A DNA stretch of 64,000 nt from Eledone cirrhosa (GCA_964016885.1 OZ024751.1:23126001-23190000), one strand, 5' to 3'. Counted from the stretch's first letter, positions 27,751 through 43,644 are shown. A program made the numbers and translations. Notes: a model not told the origin generated them from the letters alone.

Positions 27751-27820
27751 AACTATAGTAGGTAAAGTCAATTTTTTAAAATTTATTTTGAAACTTTTTC
27801 ATTATTTACTAAACCTTGTT

Positions 27821-27877
<57 letters not shown>

Positions 27878-27953
27878 ATGTATATATATATATATGTATA
27901 TATATATATACATATATATATATAAGTAAATATCTTTAAGTCGTTTGGAAGCC

Positions 27954-27985
<32 letters not shown>

Positions 27986-28400
27986 TGGAATGTAGAAAAG
28001 TGACACATGAGTTGATATATATAAACAAATAGTAAAGCGGAAAAAAATACAGAAGAAAATGCTGGAGGGATTTTTTCAGTGTAATATCAAAACATTTATT
28101 TATAAAGTAGGGATTTCCGCATTTAATTATGACCACCTCTGTTGGTCAGCACCAACAGAGAAAGAAAGAAAACTCCGGACAAAAATATGAACTTTCCTCT
28201 CTAAATATGTATGTAAAAACTAATAATTTTTTATCTCCATTTTATTATTATTCGTATAAATATGTAATTTAACTGCACTATACACTTCCGTCGTTGAAAA
28301 AGCATATAAAGCTGAAACCGGTACACGATTAAATGCGGAAATCCCGACTTTATAAATAAATATTTTGATATTATACTGAAAAAGTTTTTTCCTTTTTACT

Positions 28401-28445
<45 letters not shown>

Positions 28446-28660
28446 GTTAAAAATGTACATCCACATATGTATACTGAAATACTAGTATGCATATGAATAC
28501 ACACACGTATACATATGTAGATGTACCGAGTTTTTCACTGGTCACTTTACTGTGAGTGTCCAGCTATTCTGTATGTAAACACACAGACAAACCGGTTTTT
28601 AGAGTCATACTGGTTTTTGAGGAAACACCTTTCCTATATTCTCCCGAAAGCCAGGCAAGG

Positions 28661-28705
28661 AATATTGAACTAGTTTCGATGTTGTTACATCTCATCAGCA
28701 ATATT
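28661..28705 (-). ncRNA. Minimal type-I hammerhead ribozyme motif
   Basis: Reverse complement of 29171-29215. Confidence 0.8.
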
Positions 28706-29170
28706 TACCTATCTTCCGGCCTCTCTAGAGAATCGTAAAAGCACATATCGTTATATGCTTTTTCTATGAAAATTAGTAGTGGGCAGACTAATTTGCATAG
28801 AGCGTGAGTACGTACCGGTTTGTCTGTGTGTTTACATACAGAATAGCTGGACACTCACAGTAAAGTGACCAGTGAAAAACTCGGTACATCTACATATGTA
28901 TACGTATGTGTATTCATATGCATACTAGTATTTCAGTATACATATGTGGATGTACATTTTTAACTTAATTGTTTAAGCGTCAGTCATACAAAAGTGAGTT
29001 ACAAACGAAACGAAATTTAATTTCGTTTCGTTATTTGTTTTTATCGTCTCCGTTGAACCGGTACGTACTCACGCTCTATGCAAATTAGTCTGCCCACTAC
29101 TAATTTTCATAGAAAAAGCATATAACGATATGTGCTTTTACGATTCTCTAGAGAGGCCGGAAGATAGGTA

Positions 29171-29215
29171 AATATTGCTGATGAGATGTAACAACATCGA
29201 AACTAGTTCAATATT
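29171..29215 (+). ncRNA. Minimal type-I hammerhead ribozyme motif
   Basis: AAUAUUG-CUGAUGA-GAUGU/ACAUC-GAAA-CUAG-UU-CAAUAUU; perfect 7-bp stem I; palindromic AACUAGUU in place of stem III. Confidence 0.82.
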
Positions 29216-29503
29216 CCTTGCCTGGCTTTCAGGAGAATATAGGAAAGGTGTTTCCTCAAAAACCAGTATGACTCTAAAAACCGGTTTGTCTGTGTGTTTA
29301 CATACAGAATAGCTGGACACTCACAGTAAAGTGACCAGTGAAAAACTCGGTACATCTACATATGTATACGTGTGTGTATTCATATGCATACTAGTATTTC
29401 AGTATACATATGTGGATGTACATTTTTAACTTAATTGTTTAAGCGTCAGTCATACAAAAGTGAGTTACAAACGAAACGAAATTTAATTTCGTTTCGTTAT
29501 TTG

Positions 29504-29574
<71 letters not shown>

Positions 29575-30143
29575 AGTATATAATGGTTGTTTTCCGACAC
29601 CTCAGTATGCAGAACTAGTCCATGGATCTCGGGAATTTTACCCGCCCTATATATATATATATATATATATATATGTAGAAGTTCTATTTAAATTGTTGGG
29701 ATACAACAAGCAAATATTTTTATAACTGATATAAAGCACTCAACAAATTATTGGAGTAAAAATACGATATATTAACAAATGGAAACTATATTTATAAAAC
29801 CATATTTATTTCATTATACATATTTCAAGGACACCAAGTTAAATTATTGCATTACCATCGTTGTTTGTTTACATGTCTCGCTCGTTTTACCCTATTTTAC
29901 TTGTCCCAATAACTTTATTGTGTTATTGCTCGCACCAACTAGAGGTATATGATTTTTAAAGCGATGAAATACCAATGAAAGTTGGAGGATCACTGATGAA
30001 GGACTAATTTTATTCATATGTAACCCATGTGCAACCACGCAGCTCTCCATTTTTCTCATATATATATATATATATACATATATATGTATATATATATAGT
30101 GATGAAACATAAGTCAATTGCATGAACTCATAATCCTTTATTT

Positions 30144-30199
30144 ACTGCTATATATATTTCGATGATAGCCATTGTATGGCTATGACTTCATCAGGCAGT
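30144..30199 (-). ncRNA. Type-I hammerhead ribozyme motif (AUA family)
   Basis: ACUGC-CUGAUGA-AGUCAUAGCCA/UGGCUAUCAUC-GAAA-UAUAUA-UA-GCAGU; A.C at base of stem II. Confidence 0.72.
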
Positions 30200-30456
30200 T
30201 AGTAAGTTCTTAAATATGCCAGCTCTGGGTTTTTGGTGTTGATGGTTTTAGAGCCTTGAGACATATGAGCTTGTTAGGGATAATTTAATGTTGTCAGCAG
30301 AAATGATCTTAATTCTCATTGGTCAGTTTGACCGTCAGGCAAGATGACAATAAGGGGGGTGAGTTCATGCACGGAGAAGCTATACATTAACTTAGAAAAT
30401 AGGGTGAAGATTCTTAGAGACTGAAAAAGAAGTTGACATAAATCGCTACACACACA

Positions 30457-30497
<41 letters not shown>

Positions 30498-30717
30498 GGA
30501 CACACACACACACTCTCTCTCACACACACACATATATATATAACTATCTGTGTGTATGAGTGTGTGCATTTGGAGAGTAATACTCGAATCATTTTGCAAG
30601 CATGGCACATTTACAAGTCAACAATGGAGGTAAATTAAATAATGTATGTCTATATGTACATTTAGACACACTCACACACACATATGTATATATATATATA
30701 TATATATACAGATATAA

Positions 30718-30787
<70 letters not shown>

Positions 30788-30911
30788 TAAAATAACAGAT
30801 TAAAGTTTAAGCAAAGAATCGCTGCTTTCACCCTTAACGGGATCTTCTGATATATATATATAAGGAAAAAAGATGAAATCGAAAATGAAACTAGAGTCTT
30901 TTTTTCAATTC

Positions 30912-31009
<98 letters not shown>

Positions 31010-31022
31010 CATATATATATAG

Positions 31023-31090
<68 letters not shown>

Positions 31091-31097
31091 TTATATA

Positions 31098-31130
<33 letters not shown>

Positions 31131-31145
31131 TTATATATATATATT

Positions 31146-31176
<31 letters not shown>

Positions 31177-31183
31177 TTATATA

Positions 31184-31216
<33 letters not shown>

Positions 31217-31223
31217 TTATATA

Positions 31224-31256
<33 letters not shown>

Positions 31257-31267
31257 TTATATATATA

Positions 31268-31358
<91 letters not shown>

Positions 31359-31696
31359 GTGTGTGTGTGTGTGCGTGTATGCGTGTATGCGTGTTTGCGC
31401 ATTATAGTGTCTCCATTTATCAGTCTGTGTTCAGGAAACGATGCCACTGGTTCTCAGACAGTTCTATATAATTCACTGCCGGAGAATATCTACAGGAAGA
31501 ACCATATTCAATTAACGAGGAATAAAATAAGATAAAAAATAAAATAAAAAATAAAATAAAATAAAGAATAAAAATAAAATATAATAAATATAACATAAAA
31601 CAAACAAAATAAAACATCGTCACAAACTGTGTTAAACTTAAAAAATAAATTTTCTTACTACGCCATTCTTTTTTAAGAGAATTCATTTCGTGACAC

Positions 31697-31786
<90 letters not shown>

Positions 31787-31811
31787 CTCTCTCTCTCTGT
31801 CTCTCTGTATA

Positions 31812-31844
<33 letters not shown>

Positions 31845-32071
31845 GTATATATATATATATATATATTGTTTTTTCATTAAAACTCCTGTTTACTGATTCT
31901 AGACCACGTTGGTTTGGGTCGCTTCCGTTCTTGCTAAAGTAGGTGACACAACAGTTGTATACCTTACTTTTCAAATGTTTTGATAATCCAAAGCGGAGAA
32001 AGCAGGCTTTGATAGCATCAATTTTAAACATCAATTTTTCTACATATGACAAAGGTCCTTTATATGTATAC

Positions 32072-32116
<45 letters not shown>

Positions 32117-32245
32117 GACCTTTGTAAAATGATTCCAGTTCTTCGGAGGACTAACAACATACACAGAAGCTGGACATATAGATGTATTAACAGAGTGAAA
32201 CACATTTCAACAATATGTGTACCTGTTTTTTCCACACCAATTCGG

Positions 32246-32300
32246 ACTGCCTGAAGAGGTCACAACCAATAATAGCTGTCACCGAAATATATATAGCAGT
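32246..32300 (+). ncRNA. Type-I hammerhead ribozyme motif (AUA family)
   Basis: ACUGC-CUGAAGA-GGUCACA...UGUCACC-GAAA-UAUAUA-UA-GCAGU. Confidence 0.78.
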
Positions 32301-32434
32301 AAATTTATAATTAATAATAAACGTAAACGAAGCCAAATTTTACATATTTGACTTATTTTATTTTACATTACTCCGGAGTAAACAAACCAGCCTGCATACT
32401 GAGGTGTCGGTAAACAACCAACATATACTCAAAA

Positions 32435-33500
<1,066 letters not shown>

Positions 33501-33511
33501 GAATATATATA

Positions 33512-33583
<72 letters not shown>

Positions 33584-34041
33584 AGGTGTGCTTTTCAACC
33601 CATTTTAAAAATCCTTTTTCATATATATATATATATATATATATTATAAGCCTTTTTACCCTCACACACATGTAATTATATTCCTGTATGTCATAAGCAA
33701 AACCACGTATCTGTAGAAACCGTATATCTGTGAACACAATACGTATACATGTGAACACTATGAATATTCATACACACATATACATATACATACATACAGT
33801 TTCTTGTTTACTTTATAAAGTAACGCAAATAATTGGAATAGATAAAGCAATCAGTAGTTACTTCCCAACCCATACTTATGTGTGTGTGTATGTGGGTGGG
33901 TGTGCCTTCGAGACACACACATATACATATATATGTATATATACATATACAAACACACACATACATACATATACATACATATATATATATTATATATATA
34001 TATATGTGTGTGTGTATGTGTGTGTTTGTATATGTATACAT

Positions 34042-34076
<35 letters not shown>

Positions 34077-34154
34077 CATACACATATATATATACAAGAC
34101 AACTTTTGAAAATGTATCGATGACATTAGTTTACTAAAAATCAAAATCAAGCAA

Positions 34155-34301
<147 letters not shown>

Positions 34302-35005
34302 ATAACTTTGTTTCGAACGAAAGAATGAATGGTTTTCTGTTAGGAAATGAGAGTAAGCCAAATCTAATTACATTGCTTTATATACAAACATTTCTTAGTT
34401 ACGAAGGAAAATCTATAAATCTAGGTTATTAACAGAAACAGTCAACCAAGCTGAAAAGTAAGGTATATATTGATTTCTGTTCTTAGACAAAATACCTTTA
34501 ATAAAACACGATATTTTTATCAACTACAGAAGAAATGAAACCTTTTCATATTTTTCATTGAAACAGGCGAGACACAAGGCCGTATAATTCAGCTGGCTTG
34601 GCAGAAGCTTAGACTCCCATACCGCAACAATTGTGTGTTTTAATCCTCAACCATAACACCCTCTCGCTGCTGGGCCAGAGGATGTTACAGTTGAGGGTCA
34701 AACCACCCAATGAACGTTGGATGCCGCCTGATGACATCAGCATTTGTTTTATTATGTGTGTTCTGTGAACATAAATTTATATGTGTATAGCTCCGATACT
34801 ACGGTCATGTGGTTAGAATGTCTTAGGAAAGAATCATTGGACAGATTTTACAAGCAAAAACCAAACCGCAGGAGATGGTTGGGTAACATCCATGAGCTCG
34901 GCTGGTCTCGCTTAGAGATCCAGCCGGACCAGCTAGAGACGGTTGCTTCTGACAAGACCCGTTGGATGAAATGTTTGAAGACTGTCCCCACGACCCTCAC
35001 AGGAA

Positions 35006-35073
<68 letters not shown>

Positions 35074-35093
35074 ATAATAATAATAATAATAAT

Positions 35094-35863
35094 GATTTCT
35101 TTATTAACCACAAGGGTTTACATAAAGTAGACATTAAGGACAGTGCAGGACAATACAGGACGGTACAAATGGGCATTTCTGCGTGTAAAAAACAAAAACA
35201 GAGGATGTAACAAAAAAATAACAATGAAAAATTCCCCAATAGGGGGGAGACTTCGGAGGGACATTTGTGGAGAATGCCCAGTAAAAGGCCACAGTGACCC
35301 TGACCACCAAGGCAAGTGCCCTCTCCCAGTTTTCCACCTTTAATTTACAGATACGTACTCAGAGTAGGCCCATTCACTCGGGCCATTCTTGCTTCTCTCA
35401 CCCATCTTTCAACAAAATGCTGGGAAGAGAGCACTTCTCTCTCTACCCTGATTTTCCTTTTCAAATGAAATTTGAAAAAGTTATTCAGGGCATCACCGAA
35501 GAGGTAAGTGCTCGTCTTCAGCCCTTTCAAACGTGTTCACCATACTATCTCTTTCGCCATGGCCACCAGACAGATAAAAACTGCCTGTCCTTCCCGGCTA
35601 AAGGAGGAGGGCGGGGCAATCCTCACGATGGACTCAGATGATAGCCGGATCCGTCCTACACGCGACAGCAGGTGTTCGACATAAACCCACAAGTCAGCAA
35701 TTTTCGGACACTGGACGAGTGCGTGCAGGACGGTTTCGTCGCCCTGCGCGCATCTCGGACATGCCTGGCTGACGGCACCTCCATGCCTGTAGAGTTTATC
35801 CCGAACTGGCAAAGCTCCTCGGTAGCACTGCCAGGCCAGGGATTTTTGGAAGTTATCCATAGG
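35094..35863 (-). mobile_element. 5'-truncated Tx1/L1-clade LINE, second subfamily, ending in (ATT)n
   Basis: MDNFQKSLAWQCYRGALPVRDKLY...CPRC...ETVLHALVQCP; 3' UTR nearly identical to 54848-55125. Confidence 0.85.
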
Positions 35864-35982
35864 CCCTGTACTTTATTTTATCGACCCCGTAAGGATGAAA
35901 GGCAAAGTTAACCTCGGCCCGATTTGAACTCAGAATGGCAAGGGCCGTAACTCTATGCTGCAAAGCATGGTGTCCGACCCTC

Positions 35983-36032
<50 letters not shown>

Positions 36033-38485
36033 TGTTTCTACTTTAGGCACAAGGCCAGCAATTACCCAGTGCATTACTGGTACTTTATTTTATCGACCCC
36101 GTAAGGATGAAAGGCAAAGTCAACCTCGGCGGGATTTGAACTCAGATCGTAAAGGGATGTAATAATAATCCAAGTGTCGCTAGTCATTTCTCCGTGGCAA
36201 TGCCTTCGTCATTCTGTTGATAATTCACGGCCGAATCACCACTTAGACTGGAGTGTAGAGTCAGTACTTCTCTCTCTCCCCTTCCTTTGTTACTTCATTC
36301 TTTTTTGTTTCATTTGAATATTATTATTTTGTCTAACTTTACCTTGTTATATTATGGCTACGACTTTGTAGTTAAAGCAGAGAGTTGGGAAAGAAAATCC
36401 TGTTTTCATATCATAGCCTCCGTTGTGCTGAACGTGCAAGGGAAGCAACTACTTATTTAATTGATTATCTCCCTTACATTTTTCAAGCCGGTCTCGCAAA
36501 AGTTAAACAATATGGAAGCCCTTTACGTGGTAATTTGATCTGCTAGAAATAGAAGACAAATTTCTTTTTAGCTAGTTACTCAGACGGGGAGGTATAGTAA
36601 CCATAACATTTGTCGTCATTAGTGAGATCAATACAACTAATTTCCATTCTGATTAACTTGTGAAAATACAATATGGAAGGGAAAAGAATTCGTAGCTATT
36701 AAGGGAGGGAAAGATTACGAGATCTGGGAGTAGGGGGTACATTCATCATTGTTGAGTATTGTCTGCCACCAGCAGGTTCAATACCATCGATTACTCTAAT
36801 GCAATCATAATTATAGCATAATTCTCAGGGAGATTCAGAGTGGCACAATGTCTGACAACGCTGGCCCTCTGAATTACATGTTCAATCTATCAGACAAACT
36901 TCCATACAGGTTATTATTATTATTTTTATTTTTATTTTCTTTCATTATTGTTTCTGAGATATATTCGAGTGTCTTCCTGACACCAAGGGCAAATAAATTC
37001 ACAGTGTGCATTGGTAAGTCAGTTAATACAGCACATAGATTATAAAAAATAAAAAAAATATATATATTAAAAAAAAATTATAATCAATGTGCTGTATTAA
37101 CTGGTATTAACAGCCCTGGTATTTATTTGATACAGATTCTAACAGAGTATTTATTATCAAAGGCTGGTTTCCCGAAGGAGAACAGCCAAAGCGTGTATAT
37201 GTATGTTGTGTGTGTGTATGTATCTGTCTGTCTGTATGCATGTGTGTCTGTATGTATGTATGTATGTATGTATGTATGTCAAGGCAGAATTCTAGGAGAA
37301 GGAAAACTCTGATATAACACCTGCAACTCTGATGGTATCCAATGATGTTGACTTGTTCTTCTTTTTGGTAAATATCATCTTGATTAAGAGAGTGGGACTG
37401 GCTTTGTGCAGTGCCTTTGCTCACTATAAAAGCTTCACGGCACAGGCATTGCTTTGTATCTGGAGATCTCTCTGCACTTGTCGTCACATGGTACCATGGG
37501 CCCAGCACTATGTGTCAATAATTGTCACAAGTGTAGTGTTTGTACCAGAGTTTTCAAGTCGCTGGCTGGACTAAAAGGTCACACTCGTTCAGCGCATCGG
37601 TAGGGGTTCTCCTACATGGACATAAAGTAGTCGCCGTACTCGAAAACGAGTTGGCAACCACCATGTATGTATGTATGTATGTATGTATGTATGTATGTAT
37701 GTATGTATGTATGTATGTATGTATGTATGTATGTATGTATGTATGTATGTATGTATGTATGCATAGAGTCTCATAAAACGGGAACTTATTTCGGTTTCAT
37801 TGGTGTTATATGACTGAGAATACAAGACATATTATCTTTGGACAAGACGCCATTCCGTTACCAGTTTAACACCCCCATTTTCACCTGAAATAAAGTGCAT
37901 TGTTCAAATTTAATCGACTTCCCTCCATTACCTTAATTAGAAACCATTATTAAACTCGCGCTAAAGGCAGTGGGGCATCGGCCAACAGGGTTTGTGTTAT
38001 ATTGTTACGACCCTTTACATTCTGAATTCAAATTCCTCCGAGATAGCTTTACCTCCCATCCTTACGAGGTGGATAAAATAAAGCCCCAATAACGCTCTGG
38101 GGAGGGGGATGGTCGATTTAATTGACATTCTCGCCCCCCCCCCCCCCAAATCTTGTGCCTAAATCAAAAACCATTACTGAACTCGTGCTAAATCACCCCA
38201 GATCGATAACAGGAATATTGCAACACTCTTTTAGCCAGTAAAATTATCTGAACTCAGAAGAAATAGGACTGAAACGTAATATTGTAATATACAATTTGCT
38301 CAGACATTCAACCGTTTCTGGCGAATGACCATACTTTCTAAGAAATCAATATTTAGCATTAAAACAAATATTTTCATAGTGATAGAGAAAAATGGTGAAG
38401 ATGTCACTGTGTTATACGAGCAATAGAAGCAGACTTATAAGAGGGAGACATTTAAATTTTATAATAAAATACAAGATTTTATTAC

Positions 38486-38557
<72 letters not shown>

Positions 38558-38603
38558 GGGAGAGAGAGAGAGAGAAAGAGAACGATATATATATATATAT
38601 ATA

Positions 38604-38937
38604 TAACGAAGGAAATGTGGTAAGGAACCAGGTGGACTATAACGCACCAAAGTACTCAATACTTAGGGTAGTAGAGTGGGTAATAGGAACGAGTAGGACC
38701 CCGACGGCTGAGCTCAAGCCGTTTCGACGGCTAATTCTGGACTAAATGAAAATTGTTATCCTGGCATATGAATAGCCGAGCTTCTCTTTTGACCAATCCT
38801 TGTGACAATCACTTTTACCATATATGGAATTACCCCCTGAGAAGCTCGGCTATTCATATACCAGGATAAAAATTTTCATTTAGTCCAGAATTAGCCGTCG
38901 AAACGGCTTGAGCTCAGCCGTCGGGGTCCTACTCGTT

Positions 38938-38941
<4 letters not shown>
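38604..38941. mobile_element. (TA)n-inserted fold-back family; other copies or fragments at 16335-16478, 16729-16975, 19011-19090, 19346-19435, 44300-44380, 60600-60670
   Basis: Shared terminus taacgaagga..tgtggtaaggaaccag; about 100-bp inverted arms; always flanked by (TA)n. Confidence 0.75.
38832..38927 (+). ncRNA. Hammerhead-like motif with non-canonical core
   Basis: ACCCC-CUGAGAA-G..CGGCUA/UAGCCG..C-GAAA-CGGC(UUGAGCUCA)GCCG-UC-GGGGU; core deviates from CUGANGA. Confidence 0.55.
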
Positions 38942-39002
<61 letters not shown>

Positions 39003-39335
39003 TGAGAGCGCATTAAACACTAGTCATAGAAGTTATATTTTCAAATATTTGGTATTTTAAAAGTATTGCACAATGAAAGCATCAGCAAAAGCAATAATAA
39101 TTGTTTCTACTTTTGGCACAAAGCCACCAATTATCCCAGTGCATTACTGGTACTTTATTTTATCGACCCCGTAAGGATGAATGGCAAAGTTAACCTCGGC
39201 GGGATTTGAACTCAGATCATAAAGGGAGGTAACTCTGTGCTTCAAAGCACGCGTCAGACCCTCTACCGATACTGCCAATCCACCAGCTCAGTTGGCAGAG
39301 CGGAGGACTGTAGTAGCAACACCAATAATAATAGC

Positions 39336-39373
<38 letters not shown>

Positions 39374-41103
39374 CGGTATTTTAAAAGTATTTCCCAACGG
39401 AAGCATCAGCAACAACAACAACGATAACATGCGGAATTTCTAGGGAATTATTAATATCTGGTGGTCTGAATAGACCAGATTTCTTCCAGAGAAGGATAGA
39501 GAGTGAGAGAATGGAAGTACTAGACTGGTACTTATTTTTTATCGACCTCGAATGGATGAAAGGCAACGTTCACGTTGTCAGGATTTGAACTCAGATCCCA
39601 GAGAGCTAGAACAAATACCGCAAAACATTCTATCCGACGTTCTTACGACTCTGCCAATTCGCCATTTTTCATTATTAACATAAGATATTTAAACTGGCCG
39701 TATGAGTGTGTGGGCTGAAATCGTATGATTGTCGCAGATTGCAAAGAGTTTACTCGCTGCTCTATGTGCAATCTTAACTTTTTCATCTGAAATGTTTTGA
39801 CAAGCTGTTTGTAAACAGACTGGGCTACAACTGAACTGAAGTGATAAATAAATACACAACAAAATATGTACAGTAGTAGAGCAGACTGTAATATCTAGTA
39901 AGTAGACGGATGCTGATAGTGGGAAAGACTCATTCTCTCTTATATATACATATATACACCAGGTTCGAACAAAGAAGAACCAAACTTCCACTGTCACTGC
40001 CTACGTCTCCCTCGCTCTTCCCATCTCCCACCATTGTGAGCAAATGGTCCCTATAATCAGTCCACAGATCTGCGTGGACACAGAATGGCTGACTGGTTAA
40101 AGAATTCTCTTTGCAATCATTAGGTCGCGAGTTTCATCTTACTGCATGGCATCTTGGGCAAGTGTTTGTTACCATAAACTCGACAAATGTCTTAGGAGCG
40201 GAATTGTGTAGACGGAAACAGTTTGGAAGCCCGTAGGATGGACTGCACATGTAAACTCAAAAGACCAGCCTCTTATCACAAATTCTCTGTGAATCTTCAC
40301 GAGAATTACGTTAAGGGTAGACGTCTCTATGGAATGCTCAGCCACTTGCTGATCAGGTTGTTTTGTATATCAAACAACTGGAACACAATCTTCGTCTTCG
40401 GAACCAGACAGGGTTCCAAGAAATCTATTCTATTCTGTAACATGATTTTTTATATATTAAATATATGTGGTCTTGTAGCAAATAAAGTGAACGAAAGATC
40501 TATAATCTTTTTGATAATATATTTATCTCTCTCTCTCCCTCGCTTTCCTTCCCTATCTCAACTCCCTCTTCCCCCTTCCCGACTCTTCTCTCTCCAGCCC
40601 TCCTCTTTTCCCCCTCTCACAAATGGAAATAAACACTGAAAGTTATTAAAAGTAGAAACTCGTACTTTGATTATTATTTCTTCACATTCTTCAGATGTAA
40701 AAAAGAAATCTTCAAAGGTTTCTTTTTTTTACTTCTGGAAGTATTTTCTCAGTCATTCATCTTTTCACTTCTGGGGCTTGGTTTTCTTTTTAATCACCAC
40801 CACTGCCACCACCATCACCATCACCATCACCATCACCATCACCATCACCATCATCACCATCACCACCACTGCCACCACCATCACCATCACTATCATCACC
40901 ATCACCACCACTGCCACCACCATCACCATCACCATCACCATCACCATCACTCTCATCACCACCCCCCAAAAAAGCACCATCACCACCACCACAACCGCCA
41001 ACAACAACACTACCACAGCCAACAACAATAACACCATCATCATCATAATCATCATGACTACCAACATCACCATAAAAACAACACAATCATCATGATCATC
41101 GTA

Positions 41104-41143
<40 letters not shown>

Positions 41144-41607
41144 CCACCACCACCACCACCACCACCACCACCACCACCACCAGTACTACCACAATCATCA
41201 ATATGCTTTGCAGCATATACGTATAGTTACGGCCATTTACGTTCTGAGTTCAAATCCTTTCTTGGTTAAACTTTGCCTTTCATCCTTACGGGATCGATAG
41301 AATAAAGTACCAGTAATGCATTGGGGTCGATTTAATCGAATTTCCGCTCCTTCCAAAAGGTTTGGCCTTGTGCCAAATGTAGACACAATTATTATTATTT
41401 TTATTGGCAGTATCGGTAGAAGGTCGGACACCTTGCTTTGAAGCATAGAGTTACGGCCCTTTACGTTCTGAGTTCAAATCCCGCCGAGATTAACTTTGCC
41501 TTTCATCCTTACGGGATCGATAAAATAAAGTACCAGTCACGCACTGGGGTCGATTTTAATCGACTTTCCCTTCCCCCAAATTTTCTGGCCTTGTGCCTAT
41601 ACCAGAA

Positions 41608-41643
<36 letters not shown>

Positions 41644-42475
41644 GATAAAATAAAGTACCAGTAATGCACTGGGTAATTGCTGGCCTTGTGCCTAAAGTAG
41701 AAACAATTATTATTATTATTATAAATTCTTTGTTGCTAGATTGTTATTATTGTTTATCTTTCGTTCCTTTTATTTCTTCAATTTTAGTTCAAATTGCCCT
41801 GTATTTAATTTTCATCTGCTAACGACAACCCCCCCCCCCCAAAAAAAAAAAATAGCAAAAGAAATAATTTTTTAGACAAAAACAACCCCCAAAAAACAAA
41901 CAGACAAAAACATAAGAGAAAAATAAAATAAAAATAATTTACTTGAAAATTATAAGAAAGAAATCAAATTAGAACGTTCGAGAATCTATTTGAATTATAG
42001 ATTGTATTATAGATAGTAATTATTTACAGGTTTTCGGGTATGTTTTTAGGTTATTTTGTTGTCATTAGACTTTCATTATTATTTTCTCCTTTTCATTATA
42101 TTTAATTAGTAAACTAATTCTACACTAAAGGAAAAATATCGCTGAATAGGGTACTTCAAAGTAACTAATCTCTGGCAAGAGACAAATTGCAATGACTTAG
42201 CTTAGGATGTGCACCGGCTCACATCGACACCAAACTTTTCTCCACCACCCCTCCCGTCCGTCACACATTTCTTTCTTTCATTCTCTCCGTTTCGTCTCCA
42301 TTTTATTACATACTCGTAAGGCGTGTCTTTGGCACATTATTAAACCTGGCAGAGCCCATCTCCTCTCCAGGTCTGAACACAGCAGATTTCTTCCATATAC
42401 ACACAAATCACACGCATATATACACACGCAGAGAGAGGGGGGATAGATAGAGGTAGAGAGAGAGAGAGAGCGAGA

Positions 42476-42554
<79 letters not shown>

Positions 42555-42653
42555 GGAATGGGAGAGAGAGAGTCGTTACAGGTTGTGTACTGAAACAGTT
42601 TCATCTAACAAGATGTTTGTAATGGCGTCAAAGACGAGACAAGTTACATCTAA

Positions 42654-43169
42654 TCTCTATATATAAAACTGTGGTTGTCTGTCTGTCTATCGATTTTTGG
42701 CACACATCTCCTCTTAGAATCTCTCACGGAATTGCACCGAAATTGCTAGACTTGTACATTGAGCCCTAGCGAAGACATCGGAAAAAAAAAATTTCAAATT
42801 GACCCACCCTATGTGACGAAATCGAATATAATGTATCGATTTTTGAGCGTAAGTGATCAGTTATTTCCCTTTGTTCTGTTTACATTGAGCGTCTTACGTA
42901 AAAAATTACGCTGGCTTTCTCAGTCTTTGTTAATAAATAACCAGTGCAGTTTTTATCCCCAGCATCCTCTTTTGTTATAACATTCGGGTTATCGTTATGT
43001 TTTCTTAACTTCATAAGGCATATTGTTGGTTGAGGGAATATTAATCAAAAACACCACATGCAAGTCTGCACAGTAGACACTACAGTTTTTAAGCCAAAAA
43101 AGAAACTTAACATTGTAACTTTAACACAGCTACTGAGCGACCCCGAGCAACGCCGGGCTTTACTGCTAG
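42654..43169 (+). mobile_element. Non-autonomous Helitron-like element
   Basis: A|TC 5' end (tctctatatataaaa followed by gtct repeats), subterminal hairpin cccgagcaacgccggg, CTAG|T 3' end. Confidence 0.75.
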
Positions 43170-43644
43170 TGATATATAAAACAAATTAAGATATCGTGGC
43201 ACATACACAACATCCCTATAAAATATATTAGAGTCAAGTTTGCGTCGTGTTACTCTGGAGCTTCTACGTGCTCTCACAGGATCGTCAGAATCTTGACTGA
43301 GATCTTCTAAGTACACAGGAGAAATTCCAGAAAAGCAAGACTACTCAAACTTGGCTTTAATAAAGAATCTTATAAATCTCTACTATGGTACTGAGTACTC
43401 ATTCGGACTACCGATTAACACACACACACACAGACACACACGCACACACACAGAGGCACACACACACACAGACACACACACAGACACGCACGCACACGCA
43501 CGCACACACACGCACACACCTTCACACAAGCACACACAGACACACACAGACACACACACTCACATACGTGTACTTTCAACTCTAAAAATATTTTTTCAAA
43601 TTCCACCCCGCTCGTCCTTTCAATCTTTCTAATTTATCATTCTT

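Larger units (their letters stand above)
27305..27825. mobile_element. Fold-back element: about 233-bp inverted arms, 55-bp spacer, hammerhead in each arm
   Basis: 27305-27537 is the reverse complement of 27593-27825 with one mismatch seen; right end abuts (TA)n. Confidence 0.85.
28441..29509. mobile_element. Penelope-like non-autonomous element: inverted copy, partial direct copy and full copy, inserted in (TA)n
   Basis: 28441-28819 inverted to about 29056-29434; 28814-29043 direct to about 29280-29509; near-identical; (TA)n on both sides. Confidence 0.8.

Noticed and set aside
28288-28335. Possible hammerhead in the 28020-28400 inverted-repeat insert
   Set aside because: GAAACCGGT half is present but the core reads UUGAAAA; too decayed to call.
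29680-29835. Hammerhead in the minus-strand copy of the 15948 family
   Set aside because: Only the GAAA-UAUGUAUA half and tail remain; CUGANGA is missing.
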